Source: Macrostomum lignano (Eukaryota). Taken from it: a stretch of DNA of 64,000 bases. Each line of letters begins with the position of its first letter. Within the stretch, counting starts at the first letter, position 1. A program made the position numbers and the translations under genes. Below the pieces are notes generated by a model. That model did no database searches, was not told the DNA's origin, and saw only the letters and a program-made list of their open reading frames with translations. This document shows positions 12,652 through 24,755 of this stretch, in pieces. The stretch lies in NCBI GenBank assembly GCA_002269645.1, contig NIVC01001901.1, positions 124,001 through 188,000 on the forward strand. The letters are read 5' to 3'.

Positions 12652-13324
12652 CCATAGATGCACAGCACTACTGTCAGTAGAGAAGGACGCTTTCCTATCT
12701 ATATATAAAAGCTGTTTTAGCCGTACAACGAATACGAGCTAGATGCCATTAGAATCTTATTACAAAGTATCAAAGTTGCAATTATCGGCTCAATTTTATT
12801 CGAAATATCGAGCTACAGCTGCATCGGGAACTGTGGACTTTCACTACAATTTTACAGAAACTGAAAGCAGAAAAAATAGTGAAATGTAGATATAGATAGA
12901 GAAACTTTATAAGAAAAAAGTAAATGCGATATCTCTCGATCCAACTTAGCCAATTGGGGATCAGAGAATGCTGGGCAGTGATATAGAATCCACAATTATC
13001 CCCTAGAGAACTCAGTTCTCGCTGCCCCTCTCCCCCTCAGCCATATGGAAGCTTGCCGGATCCAGTGGCCTCAGTTGAATGGCCACAGCAGCCTCTCAGC
13101 AACAACAGTGATTGTGCAGCTCTGCAGTGCCACGAGGACTGGTGGCCCATGACCTGTTTGTTCTTGCTGTGACTGCTTGGGGCTGGAATAGCAGAACTGC
13201 TCAATCTCTCTCCCCCCTCTCTCTCTTGATCTTTCAGACCTCTCGTCTTTTTCTACTCTCCCTGACCCCTTCACAGAGACCCATCAATCATCCGAAGCTC
13301 AGAAGCTCAGAAGCTCACCCTCAC

Positions 13325-13357
13325 CCCCACCAAACTGGGCAAGGGGCTTTGAACGAC
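13325..13357 (-). CDS. Candidate 33-nt (or 39-nt) microexon of gene A (VVQSPLPSLVG[VR])
   Basis: TCTTTAAAG acceptor (13359-13358); donors GTGAGG (13324) or GTGAGC (13318), both phase 0; no clear branch point. Confidence 0.35.
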
Positions 13358-13829
13358 CTTTAAAGACTTTATTCTAAGAAAAAATTCACAGGCGGTTTGA
13401 CGACCGGTGACCACTGAGGACAGTTAAAATTTATTAAAGAATCAATGAAATTAACTATTGAGTTAAACGGCAGCTGGAGTCGCCTGTCTGTGATTTCAGA
13501 TAAAGCAATAATGACCAATTAATCTGCATCGAACCTTGAGCAAACATCTGGACTGAGAGATCCGGAAGCACACTGTTTGATCTGCACTTCATAATTAATT
13601 TTTTTATCAGAGCAATAATCTATCTATGCATCGCCGAAGCAGTCCGAGTAGCCAGAAAATCATTAATTGACTCGTCTTGGCCAAACACTGATTATTCACC
13701 CAATTCTTCCAATTACTCGTGTTTAAACATTTGACAGATTTTAAACATCACAAAATTGTGTATAAACAGTGTACGCTTCAAGTCGCTAAATTGAGGATAT
13801 GCTGTTAAATGCACGAAATCAAACGCACA

Positions 13830-14510
13830 CTCGAACCCTCGGACACTCAGTTGGGCACCCTCTCGAACACTTTGACAGCTTCGGACACTCAGTAGGATAC
13901 TCAGTTAAACCCTATCGAACGCCGACGCATGGTGATCCACCCACTCGGCCACCCTCGGACACTCTCAGACACCAATTGGACATCCTCGGACACCCACTCG
14001 GACACTCACTGTGACACATTGGAAGCCCAGTGATTCACCCGCTCGAACACCTACTCGAACATACACGAAGGCAACAAATCAGACACCCAACCCATCCGGA
14101 CACTCCGACGTCCTCGGACACTAATTCAGACACGCGCAGACACTCTTTTTGGATAGTTTCAGTCACTCATTCGGACTCATTCGGACAACCACGGTGACAC
14201 CTTGGAAGCCCAGTGATTCACCAACCTACTTGGACACACACACGGACGCAACAGCTAGCTGGCACTCTCGGACACCCTCGACCGGGCACTCATTCAGACA
14301 CTCATCCGGACAACCCATTCCGGTCACGTTTATACACTCCTCGGACATTACACTCGGACACACCCGGACACACACCCGGACACACTCGGACACACACCCG
14401 GACGCAAACCCGGACACACACTCGGACACACACCCGGACACACTCGGACACACCCGGACACACACCCGGACACACACTCGGACACATACTCGGACACGCA
14501 CTCACTTGGC
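13830..14510. repeat. Degenerate CGGACAC(AC/TC) repeat region, becoming a regular ~10-12 bp array at 14350-14500
   Basis: Recurring CTCGGACAC / CCCGGACAC motifs. Confidence 0.8.
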
Positions 14511-15937
14511 GTAGCTGGCCGAGTTGAGAAGATTTTGTACTGCGCGTCGCCCAATCGTAGAGAGGCAGCCGAGGCCGCCTTACGAATTCGCCGGTGCATT
14601 CGCTGCGAGAATTCGGTCCGGCCCTCCTACCTTGACGCTTTTCCCGTAACTTTTACGTACCCAAAAATGCATATATATATATATACTCGAATACGATTCT
14701 CTGCTCCGGGATCTGCGGGCCCTAGTGAGGGATCTTTCCATCCTATCCCAGAGCTAGTTCCCTTTCTCCCCTTCCCATATCTGAATCCCAATCCCATTTA
14801 TCTCTCTCCATCCGCACCAATTCTCCAGCTGCCGTTGGTTCAGGCGCGGTGATTTTCTCACTTCGCGGGTTGCGATCAGCAGACTGCCGCTATATGTGAC
14901 CAAGCTAATAAAATTCAAGCAGAATTATTAGAGACGCCATTTTTACCACACACTGTTTAAAAACTCTAGAGTAAAAAGCTTGATGTACAATTTTGATACC
15001 TAAAATATATGCTGCCATTTTTTGTATCGTCTGCTCAAAAGCGCAGCCCCACGGGATTACAGATCATTTATTTCAGCCACAGCAGACAGGCCACCACATG
15101 CACTGACTGCTCAAGCGTCCGGCCAGACTGTTATCATTTGGAGTGAAATTGTAACTTTAAATTCGATTATCATTCGTCGTCGTTAGACTGAGCTGGACAT
15201 TAGAATTTTGAGTTCAGTTCTGAGTGATCTCTGTTGAGCCGAAATCTCTGTTGAGCAGTGTGGATGCTCGAAATCTATTGCATTTGCAAGAATTCTATTC
15301 AATTTTCTATGGGTCAAATTTCCAAAAAGCGAACTCGTCATCTACCCTAAATAACCTGCTTCTCGCAAGATTTTCCTATAAATACAAGCCAAAATCAGAG
15401 CTAAAAATCTCAGACTCGAAGCAGCCTCAAAACATCTTGAGCTTTGCCAGAGCAGCGGAGGCCGGGGCTGTTGCCCCCAGGACCCCGGGTCCTGCACGCA
15501 ATGGCGTGGTGAACTATCTGTGCAGTATGAGACTGGTATGGCCCTTATCCCAGCCAGCGATGCTCACACCTGCCTCCCCTGGCGGGCTGATAGCTCAAGA
15601 GACTCTGTCTCCTGATTTTCACCTTGCAAGGCGCACTTCGAAGGGTACTCGTCCCGTGGGTGTTAAGGCAGGCTCTTGGGCCTTGCCGAGCTGATTCGTT
15701 GGCGCCGGGTCCTGGTGTGACCGTATAAACGCACCCTCTAATGTCCCAGTGTAACTCCGTGCTGATGGACGCTTGGCCAGGGAGTAGTCTGGTCGCTAAC
15801 GGTTCCCCTTGCGCTTTTGGGTCCCCCCGCAGGGTGGTATTTTGCTTTTTGGAGGGCCTGCCGCTTGGTTTGGGGTTGCGACCTTGCGGCTCTTTGCCTG
15901 TGTTCTGCAGGAAGTCCCACCTTTCTACTTCCAGCCA

Positions 15938-17452
15938 ATGGCTTCTAGCCGAAGTACCCAACCGGCTGTGGATGACACAGTACCTCCGGCCTCGGCTGGG
16001 GCCGTGGACTTCGCGGCCATACCACCTGCTACCATCGGGGACGCCTCGGCGAGATCCGTGGAGCCAACTCTGAGCGGTGTCTCCGAGAAGACACCTGCTA
16101 CTCCAGCTGCCAAGCAGCTGAGCACCACCTCTGGAGCTGCCCGCCGTCGACTTAACAAGGCGAGGCGGGCCAAGGAGGGCGGAAGCCTAACCGGCGCCAG
16201 GGGCCAACGGCCCGCGGCAGCGGAAGCTTCCCAATCTGGGGCGGTGGCGGAAGAGGGCCTCGAGCCCACTGAAGTCCCTGCCCAGGATAGGGAGGCCGAT
16301 GCAGCCGGGAGGGTGGACAGCCCACCTGAAGAAGGCTCCACCGACCCCCGGGCCTCCTACGCTGATGCGGCAAAGAGGCAACCGGCGGTTGTCATTCTGG
16401 GGAAGGACGCGCGCCTGTCTCCCGACCAGCTGAAGCAGGTGAGAAGTGCCGTTGATGGCCTCCTGTGGAAGCAAACTCTGAAGGGCACGCCTCTGAACAT
16501 TCATTCGAATGCGACGAGGGACTCGTGCCTTCTCATTTGGCCCAGTGATGCTGACTCGGGTCGGCTCCTTGAGCTGCTGCCCGAGCAGAGCTGGGACCTC
16601 AATTTAGCCTTCTGCAAAGAGGACGAGCGCCCCCGGACCAAGAGGCATCGAATCTGGGTTCCGGCCAGGAGCGTCGTTACCTCTGCTGACGAGCTCCGGA
16701 AAGGACTGCCAGCAGTCAACCGAGAGCTTCCCGCCGCGGGCCTAGTGGTGCATGACACCCTTAAGCGCACCGACGGCACTGGCTTCACAGCCATCCTGGG
16801 GCTGTCGGACGCCTGGATGAGGCGCTATCCGCACGGCAGCTTCATCAACGTCGGCCTTTGGAAGCTGCGCATCCGCTCCTACCAGAATGACCCTCCCCGT
16901 GGCAGTGAGCAGGGCGGGCGGAATGCCGAAGCAGCCGGGGCCGAGGCGCGAGCTTCTGCTCAGGCTGCCAAAGCAAACCGCCCCGCCCGGCAGCACGGCC
17001 GCGCGGGTAAAGCCGAACGCGCTGCTGAGGGCGGAGGAGACTGACACCCGGCGCACAGCACCAAGCGGCGCGGCCTGTACCAGCGCGCAGCTGAGGCGGT
17101 CCGCACCGCCAAAATCACCCAGCTGAGGCGAGAGGTCGCCGGGACGCCTAGGCGCACCAGTTCGTCCAGGGAGGGTGGGGACGTCCTATCTGGGCCCAAC
17201 CCCTCGGGGCAGGGCCGACTGGAGACGGACCCGCCTGCCCAGGCGGCTGGCTGCTCCAGGGCATTGGTCCAGTCTGAAGCGGAGGACCCCATGGCTGGTG
17301 GGCGAAGGGCGGCGAACGCTGCCTATTGCCTTCCGACCAATCGGGGGCCTTTTGCTGAAGAAGAGCCCATGGACACCGGCGACCCCGACCCGAAGCTGGT
17401 GAGCGCCGAGGAGGAGGAGGAACTCCTGGCATCAACGCCCGATCTGCACTGA
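15938..17452 (+). CDS. LINE ORF1 (gag-like, no CCHC knuckle), with one internal in-frame TGA at 17042-17044
   Basis: ATG at 15938 in CCAGCCAATGG context; basic RRRLNKARRAK patch, SYADAAKR motif and a region resembling Loa-type ORF1 (DUF4780-like, by eye); same frame stays open 17045-17449 and ends TGA at 17450-17452. Confidence 0.7.
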
Positions 17453-20400
17453 TGCCAGCGGCTACCTGGTGTCTGCAGATCAACACCCAGCACTGCGTGG
17501 CGGCGTCAGTCAACCTGATGCGCACGACAGAGCAACAGCTTCCGGGCCTGGTCTTCGTGCAGGAGCCCTGGATGACTAAAGGTAAGCCAAATAATGTACC
17601 ATCTGGCTACCACTGTTTTTGCATGGCGGAATCTCAGCCTCGCCCAAGATCTCTGGTCTTTGCTGCAAAAGCTTTTGAGGCATGGATGAGACCTGATCTC
17701 TCGACTGGGGGACATCTGCGTTGTTCAAATCAATAACTTCATTCCAAATAAACCTGTGCTGGTAGCATCTGCCTATTTCCCAGGCGATGCCCCAGTAGTC
17801 TGCGACGCACTAGTCAACCTCATTGACTATGCTGCGTCCCGTCGGTTCGAGCTGCTCATTGCAGGGGATGTGAACGCACACCACCTGCATTGGGGCAGCA
17901 AGAACACCAATAACAGAGGCGAGGAGCTGCTGGCCTACGTCAGCAGCACAAACCTCAATTTCTGTAACGTGGGCAATGCACCAACGTTCAATAATGGGCG
18001 GTGGGCCGAAGTCATCGACACCACCATCGCCTCACCCGGACTGCTTTCCGCAGTCACGGGCTGGCGAGTGTGGGACGAGGACTCGCTCTCGGACCACCGC
18101 TTTATCCGCTTTTGCATTGGGCCGACCAAGCAAAAGCCTAAGGTCACTTGGAGTCGGAACGTCAGGAACACCGATTGGGCCGCCTTTGGCTCGAAGCTGA
18201 GCCGCAGCCTTCGGGATCTTGACCCCCCGTGACCTCTCTGACTGCCAGGTGGTGGATGATCTGCTCTGCAGCCTGCCCTCTAAAAGCCTACAAAGGCAAG
18301 AAATCTGCTCCCTGGTGGAACCCAGGGCTCGGGGCCCTTCGGCGCCGAGCCAGGACCCTCCAAAGGCGAGCGCTCAAAACCAAAGACCCATCTGATAGTG
18401 AGGCCTACATGTATACCCGTGCGATCCACGAGTTTAAGGGTCAAGTCAGAAGGGCCAAGACGGCCAAGTGGCGCCAATATTGCGAAGGGCTTGATGACTC
18501 TCGCCCCGTAGCCCGCGTGGTTAAGGCACTCACTAATGACCGTTTTTCTAAACTCTCTGTTGTGAAGAGACCTGATGGCTCGGTCACAGAGAGCTCGGAA
18601 GAGACTCTAGAGCTAATGCTCAACAGTTTCTTCCCTAAATCTCCGACTCAGCAGGGCCCGCCTGACCACACAGTGGGAGGGCAAGGCCTAGCAAAGTCTA
18701 TGATCACCAAAGACCGCATTATTAGAGCGGCAAGGTCCTTTAACCCGTTCAAGGCGCCTGGGCCCGACGGCATCTACCCAGCGTTCTTGCACGAGGCGGT
18801 GAAAAACCACCGCTTCCTGGACCTGCTCTGTCGTCTCCTTCGAGCTTGTGTGGAGCTGGGCTATGTACCAGTTGCGTGGAGAGAGGCCCGGGTGATCTTT
18901 ATCCCCAAGCCGGGAAAGAGCGTCTACCAATCGGTGAAGGCCTTCAGGCCTATCAGCCTCACCTCTTTCTGCCTTAAGCTCCTCGAGAGACTGGTGCTTT
19001 GGCGCCTACTTTCGGTCGAGCTGAAGCGCTTCCCACTCTCGCAGAACCAGCACGCCTTCCGCGCGGGCAGGTCTATCGAGAGTGCCCTCCATGTCATTGT
19101 TGACTTCCTGGAGAGGGCCGTTCTTGGCAGCGGCTTTGCCCTCTCGCTATTCCTGGATATTGAGGGGGCCTTCGACAACGTCATCTTCGAGGCCTTTTGC
19201 AGAGCCCTGGAATCCAGGGTCACGCACCCCCACCTTGTCCGGTGGATCATGTTCATGATCCAAAAACCGCACTGTTCTGGCCCACCTGAACGGCAGCTCT
19301 CTTTCGGTGCCTGTCCAGAAAGGGGGCCCCCAGGGCGGAGTTCTCACCCCCGTTCTCTGGAACATGGTCATGGATGAGCTGCTTTGCAGTGATCTCCACG
19401 ACCCCATTCTCAAGGTGGGCTATGTCGACGATGTGACCGCGATATGCGCGGGCCTCTCGGTTGATACCATCAGAGATCTTCTGCAGGGCTTTCTGGGACG
19501 AGCGGAGCGTTGGGCAAACCAATGTGTGGCCTTAGACTCTCAGAGTCGAAAACCACAGCGGTCATCTTTACCAACAAACTGCTCTGGACCATTAGGCCCC
19601 TCACCCTCCATGGAAAGAATATTTCCATGGAGAAGCAGGTCCGCTGCCTGGGCCTCACTCTGGACCACAGGCCTAACTGGACTCCGCACATTCAAACTAA
19701 AGCTAAAAAAGCCCTGGCTGTCCTGGCTCAGATCAGGCGCGCCGTGGGCACCACCTGGGGGCTCACCCTCAGGAAGCTGTGGTGGATTTACACTGCCATC
19801 ATCCGCCCCTCGATCAGTTACGCGAGCCTCGTGTGGGCCAGCGGCCTGAGCGTCAAGAGCAACCTCGACGCTCTCTACAAAATCCAGGGCAGAGCCTGCC
19901 GCATGACTATGGGCGCTCCACCCTCTACTCCTTTTGAAGGCATGAATGCCTTCCTCTGTGCCCCTCCTCTGGATATTTATATCAAAGGAGAGGCGGCGAA
20001 GAGCACCCGGCGTCTTCTGGATGCTGGGGTGGCCTTCAAGAAAGTGCGGGCCTTTAAGAAGCTGTCGCTTATCCCGCACTCTGACCTCTGCCTCAAGGCT
20101 CTCGAGGAGTGTGGCGGGCTCAACATCCTCACGGACTCGATCCCAGCCACCCTTCTCCTGAGCCAAAGGTATAAGGTCACTATTCAGCCTCGACACGAGG
20201 CGATTGACAGCTGGAGCGATTCTGAAGTCCACTGTTACACTGCCAGCTCTATGAGGCATGGTCTTTCAGGCTTCGGAGCTTGCGTCTTCTTCAAGGGAGA
20301 AGTGGTGTGGAGCTACTCCCAGCGCACTGGGCCCAACTCTAGTGTTTTTCAGAGCGAGGTGCTTGCCATCAGCTCCTGCGCGGCAGAGCTGCGCCGAAGG

Positions 20401-21108
20401 CAGCTTGGCGGTCGGAAATTTATTTTTCACTCTGACAGCCAAGCAGCCCTTCGGGCCCTCTGCCGCAGCACCACCAGCTCCAGGTCCGTCCTGGACTGCA
20501 ACAACCAGCTCAACGGGCTTGCGCTAGGCAACCAGGTGGAGCTCAGATGGATCCAGGGCCACGCCGGTTTCCTCGGCAACGAGCGCGCTGACCTGCTGGC
20601 CAAGGCTGGCTCCACCGGCGCGCTGCTAGGGCCGGGCCCGGGAGCCCCCATCCCCGCCTCGGTGATCAACTCCCGCGTTAAGCGCTGGACTGACTCCGAG
20701 CATCTCCGCAGGTGGAACGACACCCGGAATTGTAGGCAATCCCGTGCGGCCGTCCCCTTCCCCTCTCCTCTCCTGCGTAGAGCCCTCCTCAGGCTCAACC
20801 GCAGAGACCTCAGAGCAGTTAGCATGGCCCTCTCCGGGCATGGCTGCTTCTCTCGCCACCGCTTCCTTCAGGGCCAAGTACCCGAGGAGCGGTGCCCCTT
20901 CTGCCGCTCAGGCAGTGAAAACGCCGAGCATTTTATCTGCCACTGCCTGGCCTTCACCAGGGCCAGGCTCACTCACCTCGGGCCAAACCCGGTTCTCTCC
21001 GACGTTTGCAGGCCCGAGAGCATCCCGCTGCTCGCCCGGTACCTCAGGGACACGAGACTCTCACGATTCTATCTGAGTTCTAGCAGAGACTCTCACGATT
21101 CTATCTGA
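17452..21108 (+). pseudogene. LINE ORF2 polyprotein (APE endonuclease, reverse transcriptase, RNase H, C-terminal CCHC), broken by about 4 frameshifts
   Basis: APE: LQINTQH, LIAGDVNAHH, VIDTT, SDHRFI. RT: KAPGPDG, FRPISLTS, FLDIEGAFD, PQGGVLTP, YVDD (19421-19432). RNase H: YTASS, FQSEVLAI, SDSQAAL, GNERADLLAK. Zinc knuckle CPFC..ENAEHFICHC. Frameshifts near 17708, 18230, 19264 and 19523. Confidence 0.9.
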
Positions 21109-21190
21109 GTTCTAGCAGAGACTCTCACGATTCTATCTCAGTTCTAGCAGAGACTCTCACGATTCTATCTCAGTTCTAGCAGAGACTCTC
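21054..21190 (+). repeat. 32-bp tandem repeat (GAGACTCTCACGATTCTATCT(G/C)AGTTCTAGCA) x4.3 at the LINE 3' end
   Basis: Units start at 21054, 21086, 21118, 21150 and 21182. Confidence 0.95.
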
Positions 21191-21574
21191 CCAAACTGCT
21201 AAATAAATACATTTTCCCACAGTACGGCAAAGTACTCTGGAAGTTTCGAGTGACATTTGAAATCGGAAAGTCAATTGATTCGCTACAGTTTGCTAATGGG
21301 GCCGACAGAGCGTTAGGGTCAGTGGGACAGTGCGCGAGTGACTCTGTCAGGGCTATCGATTGGCTTGATATCGATTGGCACTTAGTGGATTTGTGGTTCA
21401 CGCTTGTCTAACAGTGCACAGTCAAAACTGGCTGCGTTTTGCACTTCTGTCTACTTAATAGTAGGAAATCTAGCCTATCGTTGAAAACTAAATGGATTGC
21501 GAAAAATAATATTGCTCGTATTTGTAATCTAGCCAGGCACACGATCATGGCCATAGTGGCTACTCATACCGTTG

Positions 21575-22560
21575 ATAAGGGATTAGAATGGATTGCTAAT
21601 CTAGTTAATCATAGATAAGGGAATAGAATGGACTGCTAATCTAGCCAATCATATATTAATGGATAAAGTGGATTGCTAATCTAGCCAATAATATATAAGG
21701 GAATGGAATGAACTGCTAATCTAGTCAATCATGGATAAGGGAATGGAATGGATTGCTGATCTAGTCAATCATAGATAAGGGAATGGAATGGATTGCTAAT
21801 CTAGTCAATCATATATAAGGGAATGGAATGGATTGCTGATCTAGTCAATCATAGATAAGGGAATGGAATGGATTGCTGATCTAGTCAATCATAGATAAGG
21901 GAATGGAATGGATTGCTGATCTAGTCAATCATAGATAAGGGAATGGAATGGATTGCTAATCTAGTCAATCATAGATAAGGGAATGGAATGGATTGCTGAT
22001 CTAGTCAATCATAGATAAGGGAATGGAATGGATTGCTAATCTAGTCAATCATAGATAAGGGAATGGAATGGATTGCTAATCTAGTCAATCATATATAAGG
22101 GAATGGAATGGATTGCTAATCTAGTCAATCATAGATAAGGGAATGGAATGGATTGCTGATCTAGTCAATCATAGATAAGGGAATGGAATGGATTGCTGAT
22201 CTAGTCAATCATAGATAAGGGAATGGAATGGATTGCTGATCTAGTCAATCATAGATAAGGGAATGGAATGGATTGCTGATCTAGTCAATCATAGATAAGG
22301 GAATGGAATGGATTGCTAATCTAGTCAATCATAGATAAGGGAATGGAATGGATTGCTAATCTAGTCAATCATATATAAGGGAATGGAATGGATTGCTGAT
22401 CTAGTCAATCATAGATAAGGGAATGGAATGGATTGCTAATCTAGTCAATCATAGATAAGGGAATGGAATGGATTGCTGATCTAGTCAATCATAGATAAGG
22501 GAATGGAATGGATTGCTGATCTAGTCAATCATAGATAAGGGAATGGAATGGATTGCTGAT
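21575..22560. repeat. 40-bp satellite-family array (GGGAATGGAATGGATTGCT(G/A)ATCTAGTCAATCATAGATAA), about 25 copies
   Basis: 40-bp period; shares the GAATGGATTGCTAATCTAG core with the 8.8-kb array. Confidence 0.95.
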
Positions 22561-22657
22561 CCAATATAAACCCGCTCTCACGCATTTCTTCCCGTCGCTG
22601 CATCGCATCCGTCCTGGGCTCCTCGGCTGCCGCAGTAGGTCGGGGCACCGGCCTCAC

Positions 22658-22771
22658 CTGCACCACTCGAGTCCGAGAAACTGAGCCGCCGTTGGAGGCT
22701 GGCAGCTGTGATGAAGCCGCTGTGTCTCCTCGCCTCTCCGCCAAGCCAAAAAGGCCGCCGCTGTTGCGCTG
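22658..22771 (-). CDS. 114-nt exon of gene A (QRNSGGLFGLAERRGDTAASSQLPASNGGSVSRTRVVQ)
   Basis: Pyrimidine tract plus CAGCAG (NAGNAG) acceptor; CAG|GTGAGG donor at 22657; phase 0/0. Confidence 0.65.
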
Positions 22772-23185
22772 CTGGGGGCGGGAGAGGGTTGAGCAGGAAG
22801 GGGGGGTGGGTTGCACACAATTTGAGTAATTAGAACGTCTGTTAGTAGCATCGCGGATGTTAGCTTACAAAATAGTTTTAAGACTGCACACAATGTTCAC
22901 GACAATGTCACTCATCTTACTCTGAGCAAATTAGTTTTTTGTCACAACCTCCAGTTCTCTGATCTACTTGGGCTAATTTTCATCTTCTGAGTAAAACTTC
23001 TAAGGAAAAAAGATTCAGAAGTCGCGGGATTTTCTACCGCAAACAGAGCTGCAAAAGCTTTTTGAGCCAGCTGCATTCCAGGCCACTGCAGAGTGAAGCA
23101 ATATTAGTATGAGCTGCTGATGTGTTAGTAAATTGGCTGAACAGGTTGCCGACAAGAACACAAGAACAGGGGGACCACAAAGGAA

Positions 23186-23490
<305 letters not shown>

Positions 23491-23504
23491 AGCCCCAGTC
23501 GCAC

Positions 23505-23564
23505 CCATGCCAGTCCGACAGACTCAGCTGACGGTCGCCTGCAGCCGTCGGACGAGTCCAGCGC
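23505..23564 (-). CDS. 60-nt exon of gene A ([20 protein letters not shown])
   Basis: GCTAAC branch, TTTCCGCAG acceptor (23566-23565), TGG|GTGCGA donor (23504); phase 0/0. Confidence 0.6.
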
Positions 23565-24755
23565 CTGCGGAAATCGCACAGTCGGCGTTAGCATAGCAAC
23601 GCCTTCTCGGATGGACATGACGGAAATTCGCTGCGTTCGGGCGGCCGGTCGGGTTGGAAGCAAAGTATCATTAACCAGAAGCTCAGAGAATGGATAAAAA
23701 ATTGGTCAAAAATAATGAAATTCTGCTGCTAGTTTCCAAATAGCTTATTCCTCTTATCTGCTACCCAAATATGGAATCGAGCTCAGGACCTTGTACATCT
23801 TTGCGCAAGGAAAACTACTTTCCATATTTCCAAAGCCGCCCAGCCAGAGAAGCGGCTGCTAGTTTGTGTCAGGCAATGCATTCGCCGCTTTCAAAATGAG
23901 TAGCAGCGCAGCATTCGGCCCCTGATTCTCGCGGTTGACAAGAACCAAACGATGTTCGCCTATTCGGAGGCATTCTTTGCAGCTTGCCTGAGGGCAAATG
24001 AGAGCCATAGTAGCCTAACTAACAACGGCAAAATGGCTGCCAACAGAACAGATTTTCTTGTCCATATGAGTGATTTCACTATCGGCGATCCAGTATATTA
24101 TAAAAAGGCAAAAAGCCGCCACAAGCAACGGTGGGTCTTACGGAACTGCGAACTAACCATTCTCAACTCTGCTTAACTCTGCAGAAGGTTCGGTTCTAAC
24201 CTATTAAGCTAGTCGAATCAAGTTGGATACAACGAAAGTAACGAACTGCACACAGTAATGCAGTCGGAAATCCCAAATTTAAAACTTTTATGGACACTCA
24301 GTGAATTTATGCACACCCTTGTTACCCAGAAGTCCGCCACGTAACCCGGCCAAATCCGCAACCCTGACAATGCCTCTCGATGCAAGAGCTGGTGAGGCAG
24401 TATAGTTAGGTATTTCTTTCGTCAGCTTATTAAAATCCTAGATCTCAGCGCTGTCAGACTGTCACGGAATGGAAACTGATATCTTAGAATTTAAGTTTTA
24501 TGGCGTGATGGACTCCAATTATCATAATAGCTGAGAGTATTATTTTTATTATTTATAGTAAAAGTACTCAGTGAACCTGAAACCGTTGCACTTGAAAATC
24601 CTGTAGTGTTGCATTCACCATGTTTGGAGGCAAATACTTAAACTGCTGTTAGAAATCCAACCAACTGCTTTTTCCTGAGGGCTTGAAGCGTTTGGGGAAG
24701 GCCTCAAGCGAGCGTATTTTATATTTTTCACAAATGAGCCGGTGCCTGTAGTTAC

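Larger units (their letters stand above)
15455..21190 (+). mobile_element. Near full-length non-LTR retrotransposon of the Loa/R1 group (ORF1 + APE-RT-RNase H-CCHC), antisense inside an intron of gene A; 5' boundary approximate
   Basis: GC-rich block against AT-rich flanks; two-ORF layout; diagnostic motifs in ORF2; no TSD or poly(A) tail recognised. Confidence 0.85.

Noticed and set aside
13045-13066. Cluster of NdeI, HindIII and BamHI sites suggesting vector sequence
   Set aside because: No other polylinker or vector features; expected by chance in 64 kb
15540-15810. HDV-like ribozyme at the LINE 5' end (GCC-TCCCCT-GGC resembles P3/L3; a GGCCAG/CTGGTC hairpin is followed by GCTAA)
   Set aside because: I could not build P1, P2 and J4/2 consistently in one fold; a covariance or descriptor search (Infernal, RNArobo) would be needed
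23952-24176. DFTIGDPVYYKK resembling a retroelement integrase C-terminus
   Set aside because: Single short motif with no flanking pol similarity
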